Positions 54,746 through 64,000 of a stretch of 64,000 bases of DNA are shown here, piece after piece; the stretch's first letter is position 1, and each line of letters opens with the position of its first letter. The stretch is from the NCBI GenBank assembly GCA_012295275.1, contig CM022673.1, positions 19,778,001-19,842,000 on the forward strand, given 5' to 3'. This DNA is from Chrysomallon squamiferum. Its lineage: Eukaryota; Animalia; Mollusca. The notes under the pieces are model-generated. The model saw nothing but the letters and a program-made list of their open reading frames with translations, ran no database searches and had not been told where the DNA came from. Both the position numbers and the translations under genes were made by a program.

Positions 54746-56974
54746 AAAAATGTTTATGCTATCAATATTTATACTGACTATTAATTCAGTCACTGTAGTG
54801 TATTAATATTTATTAAGTTTATTACTATTAACATTGTTGTAGCCATTTGCTTTATATTTAAATGATAATCTTTTTGCGATATGTATATACGTATGTGTAT
54901 TATATGTATATTAGACACATAACTGCACACACACGTAATCAATTTGACATATATAAATATTATACTATTTTTTAAAGCAAAGATGTTACAAAGATTGAAA
55001 CTCTTTAATTTGTGTTTCCACATTTTTATAAGAACATAAAAGTATTTCATGTTTTAAATTACTTTTTTATATTTTTATTTTACAAGTAACATATAAATCT
55101 TATAATGATAATCGTATTAGTAGAACAGTAGTAGTCCTAGACGAATTAATATTCGTAATAACATTCGGTAATAGTTAAAGTTGTAGTAACGATGGCCATG
55201 GACTAGAATGGCAAATGGAAAGGTAAGGGGACAAAAGCTCATTTGTAATCACCACCAGATATCTTTCTACTTGTGAATGTAGTAGCAGAATGTTAGTCCA
55301 TATCATAATTGAAAAATATTCCTTTTAAACCAAATTTGAAAACTAAAAATGTGGAATTATAAGAGTGAAAAGTAGAAATTTTTTAAGCTAATAAACACCC
55401 GCAGACAAATAAAGATAAAATAAAGTTACTGTCCATTAAACCAGATACTGGATATTCCAGTAATTAATATAATTAGGTGAATTTTGAAGATTCAGTATGA
55501 ATCCATATGTCTCAGGTTATATAATAAACATGTTTAATACTTTCTGTTTCAGATAGTCAGTGAATGAAAACTGGCTGCCGTTTGTTAATTTGAAATGATA
55601 AAATACAGATAAAATTGCAGCCTGACAAATATACATAAGTACTTTCAGCAAAAACTATAAACAAACAGAATATGTGTTATACATACTCACCTACAGTTAC
55701 ACATAAATGCACACATTCTTAGCAAAAACTCACTTACTTGGAAATCGATAAAGGAAATGAACTCTTTTGGTTTCAGCTAGGAAAATAAAATAAAAATTAT
55801 GTAAATGTAAAAAGAAGAGAGGATGATAGGCTTCATAAAATGGAACGGTATAATGTGAGAGAAACGGCTTTCAAGAATAACTGAATTTTATTATGCAGAA
55901 AAAAAAAAAAGCGGTCGTCAAAAAATAGGAAAAAGGATAATTTTCACTATCGTCTTACGAAATGAAACAAAATAAAACAGAAATTATTATTCAGTGTATT
56001 TTTATGTAATATACTAAGAATATAATCTGTATTATGTAAATTTCTCGGTAACTTTTTATTATGTTTATTTTATATGTATGTACGTATGTATGTGTGTGTG
56101 TTTATGTATGTGTGTATGCATGTGTGTATATGTAGATACATATATGTGTGTTTGTGTGTATTGTATATATGAGTATAATATACAATTATGAACATTCTAT
56201 GCATGCGTGCTTTCGTAAGTGTTATTTACTTCAAATTTATAACTAAGCTTCAAATTCTTATGTATTTTCTTAAATGTATTTCTATACATGTTTGACTTTA
56301 GGCGATCCTAAACCCAGCAATCCGATTCTATTCATTTGAAGAAAAACAAAAGACGATTGGTGATTCATGTATTATTTAAGTTTCTCGTCGTTCTTGTTAG
56401 AGATGGTGAGTTTGTGGATGACCGGTTTCGATTAGCGGTTAAAGCTTAACAGAAATTTTCCCGCTATATTTATTCGTCATTTAGTGTAACCAAGTTAATT
56501 TTGTATTTCATATATGTAATAATTTGCGTTTGTAAAAATTTTACTATTTTGTCCTTAAACTTTCATAATTAATGATTAAAAAAAGATAGACATGTTTCAT
56601 CTCTGTTATTTACTGTATCCCCTTATGAGTTAAAACTACATATTAATAGTTAAATATAAGTCATTTTTTTTTTTGATCGATAGTGTGTTTAATAATTTAA
56701 TATTATACATTTCTATTCTGTTGCTCAATACTACTTTACCAATATGCTTTTTTAAATATGTATCTAGTAACAGTTTAGAATTACACCGCGGAATACTGGT
56801 GCCACTTTTTAGCTTTTCCCATTATTATTACTGTTGCTGTTGTTGTTTTTGTGATTATTATGGCCACTGTTGGTGATTCTATTACTTATTTATAACTTTC
56901 TATTTCTTTCACTTACTTTTTGTAGGATTTTGTAATTTGATAAAATAACTTTAATTCAATATTATTATATTTTA

Positions 56975-57480
56975 TTTCGTGGAGTGGAGTGGTAAGGCTG
57001 GCTGCATCTCAGCAGTGTTTTACCGACGAACTGATGTGTGCCCAGCCGCCTTCCCACAAATCACCTTTCCATTTGTGCCACTTGACTGTCACGTGACAAC
57101 CCCTATTAGAAGACAGCACCTGTTGGGAAACCAACTTAATGGTCTTGAAATACAAGTAAGCAGTTCTGCCCTACTGCGTTGTCATTCCGGAGCAGTGGCT
57201 AGTTTCAAACTTCAGTTTAAATTATGCATAAGCTATTTAGTCATAGGAACATTCTGAATGTTTTGAAAACTGCAGTAACGCAGGTGTTCGAAACAAGATT
57301 GCTGAAACAGATATCGAAATATCTAATCATAACTAAATTCATATTAAACTATTTTTTTATGAATTAAAATAACAAAATAAAACACAAACCAAGCTTTATT
57401 ATTTTATACAGGTTTAATTCACCCACGGTTGGTATTATACAGAGTAAAAAACATAGAGGCGCGCAGGTGTATCCACAGTT
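56975..57480. promoter_or_regulatory. Candidate enhancer with Su(H)/RBPJ-like sites and E-boxes between the two bHLH genes
   Basis: A GC-richer island with TTCCCAC 57051-57057, TGTCACGTGACA 57087-57098, CACCTG 57117-57122, TGGGAAA 57124-57130, and GCAGGTG at 57280 and 57463. Confidence 0.35.
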
Positions 57481-58860
57481 AATCAATAATAATAATAATA
57501 ATCATCGTCATCATCATCATGTTCATCATTATCTTCATCGTAATTTCTAATTCCTACAACTAAATTCCTCAGTATGTACGTAAATATGTGAGTGGAAATA
57601 TATGAAAAAGAAAATAAGCTTAGAGATTAATTTAAAATAATTAAACCGATTATGTTAAAAACACGTATAAACCGAAACTTATTGTCAATAACTGTCTCTC
57701 GACTGCAACACTTGAACAAAATACAAGCAATAAAGCATACTCACTTGGTAACCAACCACCTGTACACACTACAAAGCTTAAGTGAAAAGCAGTAAAACCT
57801 CTTTTTCTAAACAATACCCGACAATGGTTTACGGATCAGCTGTCCAATATGTTCATCGTTATTCACGGACCCTTTGAGATGTAACGCAGACACCCGTTTG
57901 CGCACGCCTGCAGATGGCTTCAGAAAGTGACACTTATTTTAATGTCGATTTCGTCACTGCCTTGTTAATATCTTTTGACACTGAGATTACAGAGATTTTC
58001 CTCACCTTCAAAACAGCATGGCACTCCAATGGACAGCTGTGGAATCTCATAACCAATCAGAAGAATACCGTGCTGTACTGACTGGTCGCTAGCACAGTTT
58101 GAATGAGGGGAATAAAAATTATGAACTACAGGGCACTATTTTTCAAAATGTGTGCATAAGGATTCTGTCACAGAAAAATTTTCCTGAAGCTGTTTCCAGT
58201 AGTAGCGTAGGTGTCAAAACACAGCGGAAAACATCTAGCTAGTAAGCGATCCTCGGTTCACAGCAGAGGGTTAGAGAAAATCGAACAGCCGACAGCCAGG
58301 AAAGGACTGGGACTTTATTAACGATCATTTAGGTGTTTATAGTGCATGCCATTATGTAACGGAAAAAATGAAAAACAAACTAGATCAGTTATCGAACACA
58401 TACCCACAGAAAGAGAAGCTGAATACAGTGATAAAGATTTTTGTCTTTTCAAGGCAGTAGACACAAACAATAAACACACTGTCATCCTGTTTTTGTAAAA
58501 AAGATTATTATTTTATTTTATGTATGTGAGTGTGCGTGCGTGCATGTGTGAAGGGCTGTCGTAGATGTTGGTTATAATCGGCCTTGACAGATTGCCAGAC
58601 TGACTTGAACAAGTAATAAACAACATTGTTATGGCAATTACAAATATGTGAGGAAATATTAAAGTGATTAATTAATTTAATATTTATAATTAACAGCAAT
58701 TAATAATCAAACGCTAGAAGAAATATATCTGATTAAGAATTTAAAAATATATATTATTTCGAAAACATATTTGGAACAAGAAGTTATATTAGCTTTAGTT
58801 TATGATAAATTCAATTAAATTTTTTTAAATCTACATAGTTCAATGTGATATCTAAAACAC

Positions 58861-58943
<83 letters not shown>

Positions 58944-59646
58944 AATAATAATGAACAAAATTGAACAACAAAAATATACATAATTATCTTTATTTTCAAA
59001 CAGAAACCAGGCAGACGTGTTTTATAAAAGTTTTCTTTTACAAAAGATTGAAATATTAATTTTTACCAAACGTTTCACATATCTGTTTTTTATCAGTTAT
59101 ATATATATATATATATATGTATGTACATTAAGCCAATTAATTCAAATAGTTTAATTGAATTTAATGTACGGTCGTATTGACAATTTTGAAATGTATGAAG
59201 ACAAGACATTTAGTTTAGTTTGTCATTGCGATTTCCTTTGTGTACAGCTGAAGACAAGATGTAATTTAAAAAAAGAATTACAACTAATTTAATAATATTA
59301 AATATTAATGTAATTAAAAATAAATATATGATTGAATAAATAAATAATGTACCAATGTATCCATTGTCTTATATTAATCTGCCAGTATTCTAAAGAGAGT
59401 GTTCATTCAGTAACTGTCAAGGTGAAGTCAGGAAACAGTCCAAATCATTAAGAGCATTGTTATATCCGCACTTTTAGTAAATCATGATATGGAAATTTTT
59501 TCGATCTAGTGAAAAAGGTAGATCATATCATGTCGTACTGATTCATACAAATTAATATGTGTTAAAGGACAAACCTGATTATAATACTCCATTTTTCTAT
59601 CAGATTACTATGGCCATGAACAGAACGCTGAGTATACTCAATATAT

Positions 59647-59680
<34 letters not shown>

Positions 59681-59909
59681 TCTGGTGTTGTATTACTAAG
59701 TCTGAAAATGATACATTTTTATTACAATTAAAATTTACTGTAAATGATAACTCAAGAAAAACGGATTCCTAAAATTTTATAAACATTTATTATTTAGAAA
59801 TAAACATTGATTAACTTGTAATAGTAGTGTAGTTGTGGCGTATGATCCAACATTGCAAAGTACTCCACTACACAGTTCGCATTGACAACATACTCCAACG
59901 TACAATCAT

Positions 59910-60557
59910 TTAATTATCGACGCTGCTGGTAATATCTTTCATAAAACATATGTACTTGATGGCCAGTTTCAAAGTCTCAGTTCTCGAAAGAGTTTTCTCA
60001 TAGCTAAAAGATGGTAAATGTTTTCTCAAACTGTCAAAAGCGCCATTCAAACAAAGCATTCTTTTCCGTTCTCTGACGTTAGCAGCCTTTCTCTGCAATT
60101 TAGACTGACTTCTTTTTCTTTTCGGTTTTTCTGATGTGATTTGGCTAGATGTCAGTGATTTAGAAATTTCAAAACACGAAGCGAGTTTAGTTTCAGAACA
60201 CCATTCAGCATCTTTAAAGTTATAAGGACTTAATGTGTCAAGGTGATCTAAGTTTATTTTGTTCTGAAATGACTCTTGTAGGTCCACCCAGTGAGGAAAC
60301 ACATTAATAACAGAGTTACTTATTTCTGAAAATCTGTTGTCCCCAGAATCTGTAGAATTGTCAAACATAACTGTTACCTTTGACCCAACGAAACTAGTTA
60401 TTTCGCACATACAGTTGTCGTCTGCTGGCAACGATTTCTCGGAATTCGTGGAATTAGGTGAAGATGGCAAATCGCTTGAAGAACTGGTATAAGAATATTC
60501 ACTCCAGAGGTAACAGTCCGTGTATTCGTTGTCAGAAAGCACATTCTGGAACTCCAT
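59910..60557 (-). CDS. Fer3/FERD3L (Nato3)-like bHLH transcription factor, paralog B, intronless, 215 aa
   Basis: The bHLH reads [63 protein letters not shown] and keeps the PxFxYEKxLSR loop typical of Fer3. The ATG is at 60557 (the ORF track starts one codon earlier, at GTG). Confidence 0.88.
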   Translation of the reverse strand: MEFQNVLSDNEYTDCYLWSEYSYTSSSSDLPSSPNSTNSEKSLPADDNCMCEITSFVGSKVTVMFDNSTDSGDNRFSEISNSVINVFPHWVDLQESFQNKINLDHLDTLSPYNFKDAEWCSETKLASCFEISKSLTSSQITSEKPKRKRSQSKLQRKAANVRERKRMLCLNGAFDSLRKHLPSFSYEKTLSRTETLKLAIKYICFMKDITSSVDN

Positions 60558-60720
60558 CACAGATGCAACAGAAAACCGTCTTTAAATGTAATGTAAAACT
60601 CCTGTGTCTTTACAGAAGCTAGGGAATAAGAATTTTTTTAAAGTAATACAAAGATAACAAATTTATATCTGAAGTAAGCATAAGTTCTCGTTGAAATATC
60701 CATACTCTAGGATCAAGTGT

Positions 60721-60865
60721 TTTTATATCTGTACCTGAGGCAACACGATATTCAGGTGTATCATTAATGAGAATATCGGAGGAGCACATGACTTGCTATT
60801 GGTTCCATAAGTAAACGAAGCAACAAGTAACGCCCATCGCGATTCAGAAGTCACGCCCATCGCCC
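60721..60865 (-). promoter_or_regulatory. Putative proximal promoter of bHLH gene B (TATA, CCAAT, duplicated ACGCCCATCGC)
   Basis: Minus-strand TATAAAA at 60727-60721 and CCAAT at 60802-60798. An 11-bp direct repeat lies at 60830-60840 and 60853-60863. Confidence 0.5.
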
Positions 60866-62879
60866 AGTCTTCAGTTATAATTATTTCTCCATGCAAAAGC
60901 TAGTTTTATATTCATACAGACATATATATATACACATACATGTGTGTGTGAGTGATTTTATTTTATTTTATTTCTGCGTAAAATATCAATATATATATAT
61001 ATATTAAAATAATTTTAAGCCTTATTTCACAAATAATACTTTCAATTAAAGGGTGTTCTTGGTAACATTTAAATAAATATCAATATACATGAGTCTTTGC
61101 ACATATGTTTATATGTTGAACTGTATTTGTATGCGTCTGTAAAATGTATATTTATTAATATAATAAATAAGTTTTACAAATAATAATATTAACATATCTA
61201 CTCGGATATTTCTGTATATATGTGAAACGAACATATTTATGTTTGCAAAATTACACTATCTATCTATCTCAATATATACTTCAATAATATTAAATTCTTT
61301 TCTGATAAAGATCATTTACACCAAAGTAACAACTAAGAGTATACAACACTAAAACAGTATTTTTAGCTGAAATAATTAAAGAAAGAATCAAGTTGGAAAG
61401 CGAAATCCAGGTAAATCGAAAGTGATGAAAAATTAGCTCAGTTTACACCTGCCTAATGAGAGGGGACGCGCCCAACCATTCATAATTCAACGATTTATAA
61501 ATGACCGTTGGAACGAATGTTTTTAAAAAGGATATACTGGTCGCTGAAGTAAGAAAAACTGAATATATCTGTGTTTAAATCTAACGGTTAAAATGACACA
61601 AACAAAGGAAAATAAATAAAACAGCAACAGCCGATACAGAACAAATAATCTAATACTGCTGTTAAAACAAAACATTCTACGCATAACAATTAATAGTTAA
61701 ATATGAATAATAACTATTGACATATATGGAGATAATTACTAGATTTTTGTTGGCTATGAGCAATTTATAAATTCACGTTAATAATATTGTTATGTAATCT
61801 GTAAAACGAAAACTTGTGCTATTTTCAATACGTTTCAGTTAAAGTAATTGTTCTCAGGACGTCATCAAAAGTAGGAGGTTAAGTTGGTTAAAAGGCCCTC
61901 TTTGGGTTAAAGGCCCACTGGCTTTGTGTCAAAGTGTAATTATGGACCGAAACCAGAATCTACGCCATAAGGTTCCACTGACGTCATACCCCGAATCTTT
62001 AGCTCTAATACATCATGTTTTACATGTATTACATGTGAGTATTTTATGATATTTTGCTATTTTTGACAAATTCTAATATTTTATGTTTATTAGTAATCAT
62101 GTTTTAGGTTAAAGAATGGTCTCATATTGATAAAATAAAGTGAAACTATAAAGGGATCTCCTGGATTTTTTATTTAATAACTTGTTTTGATTTAAGACAG
62201 AATAGTTGATGGTGCCCTTATTAAAATAGTGAATGGGGTAAAAGACCCATAGCATTCCTTTTGCCATAGGCCTAGGATAAAAGGCCCTATTACAAGATAT
62301 TATTCTTTAATAAACGTGATTTTTTAGTATATTGTTAAAATATCACAAATGCATAAATTATATTTATTGCTCCATCATAACTGTGTTCATATTCAGCTTT
62401 CCTCGCCGTTCAACAGTCGAGAGCAGTTGACATGTACGTATTTTTACGCCTGGCAATTCATATTTTGCATTATATGACCAGTGCTTACCATAATCCACGA
62501 TTGTTCTGTCCGACTGCGGTCCATGTTTTGGTAAATTATAATACAGGTTGGGATACTTGCGAATTTCGTTAATCAGATATTCGTCCTATATTGAAGAAAA
62601 CACATCTGCATTTTCTTCTTTATTAAACATAATTATTAGTGTTGCATGCTATGTACATGAGCTGTATCTTTACCAACTCCTGTGTTCCTCCTTTCTCACT
62701 CACTAAACTCCTTATACCCTGAACCCCTCTAATTCATTAATTGATCTCGGCCAGATGAGCAAACAGATCTATATTGTTTTTGGTCAATGTTTAGATCGGT
62801 CATTTTCGAGTTCCATATAGTGGACATACACGCGTTACAAGAAGAAAACCTATCACAAAATCACCGATTCCGGAATCTA

Positions 62880-63077
62880 GTAGTATATTAGTAGTGTTAG
62901 TGATGGTGGTGTAGTAGTAGTAGCAGCAGAAGTAATAAAGGTAACACTGATAGTATCGGAAGACGCAGTAAGTCTAATTATCAAATATATATATAATGCT
63001 CGCTTTTAATTATCATAAATATTTTGGATGTATGTATGTATATAACGATACTAGTAGTAAAGTAGTAACTATGTTGA

Positions 63078-63108
<31 letters not shown>

Positions 63109-63240
63109 TATGGTAGTGTGTGTATATATATATATCACCATCACCACTACCATTACTATTTCCACTACTTCTGTACTACTACTAATACTACTATTAACAC
63201 TGCTACTACTATTATTAACACTAATACTTTACTATTAGTA
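62880..63240. repeat. Degenerate (AGT)n/(ACT)n trinucleotide region
   Basis: (GTA)n tracts followed by complementary (CTA)n tracts; they explain ORF 62996-63238. Confidence 0.85.
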
Positions 63241-64000
63241 TCGTTATATTCAAACATCCATCCAAAATATTTATGATAATTAAACGCGAGTATTAAGTGC
63301 GTGATGTGTAATTAATTACCCTGGCATGTTTTAAACAAGAACAACATAAGGATCTTTCATATCACATTAAATAAAACATTTAATTCTTCTTTCTTTATTT
63401 TAAATTTATTTATATATAATGTGATATTTAATCTGCTAGTGAAGGAATCGATGTATTCAGAGGTGTTTAAATCTGCACACGTGAAGATAACGGTAAAATC
63501 AATAAGATTTATACACAGAAAGTTATTGTACTAAATGCTTCTCAGCGAGTAAATATTTTCATTAATGCATTCGGTGGCTCAGGATGTAATTAAAGTAAAA
63601 TTATCCGTTAGAGAAACAGCAAATGCAAACACATTTCGTACTTTTTTCCATCCTCTAATTTACGTTTACACCTTTGTATAGCAGTGGCCACAGGGAACAG
63701 TCATAAATTAACTAAATTATTCTTTGAATAGGTTTAGAGGAAAATGTGATTAGTGAGTTCCTAAAACTGAAATAAAAGTTGAAATTCGCATATATTTGTA
63801 GCCAGCCCTTTATTTATTTATTTTATGAATTAGACAGATGTTAAACTGAAGTGCAGTCAGAAAATAGGTCAGGTCAGAAGAGGTGTTCTAATAATTGTCA
63901 TACAACTGAAAGAAAAATAAAAAGCTAAAAGTTTATAGAAAAGAAACAGTATACAGCCAGAATCGTGACCAGCGGATACAAAAACAGATGTGTATATTTC

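Noticed and set aside
53960-60557. Calling the bHLH genes PTF1A or twist
   Set aside because: Both end right after helix 2 without the PTF1A Trp motifs or the Twist WR box; the basic region and loop fit Fer3 better.
62996-63238. Hydrophobic 80-aa ORF / hairpin-like region
   Set aside because: A product of complementary (GTA)n and (CTA)n simple repeats.

Overview
AT-rich animal genomic DNA with spliceosomal introns and many microsatellites. An invertebrate, possibly lophotrochozoan, origin is an inference only. Reading exons by hand gives six genes. (1) The last coding exon of CDK12/13 (+, to 1237). (2) MPLKIP/TTDN1 (-, 2 exons, 13445-14299), tail-to-tail with CDK12/13 as CDK13-MPLKIP is in human. 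(3) WDR24, a GATOR2 subunit (+, 17 coding exons, 15282-28327, one GC-AG intron), head-to-head with MPLKIP. (4) An unrecognised type-I membrane protein (+, ~35313-49269) with two WSC domains, a stalk built from phase-1 mini-exons carrying acidic Gly-Ser-Gly (GAG-attachment-like) motifs, a TM helix and a basic tail ending in a dileucine signal. (5, 6) Two convergent intronless Fer3/FERD3L-like bHLH paralogs (53960-54745 +, 59910-60557 -). Decayed transposons include a Sola-like element, a Ginger/KRBA2-type integrase, a Tc1/mariner, a LINE endonuclease and two copies of a MITE. CpG appears depleted over the left housekeeping block and retained on the right. The most novel candidate is the modular WSC proteoglycan-like receptor. 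All family assignments are from recalled motifs; no database search was run.
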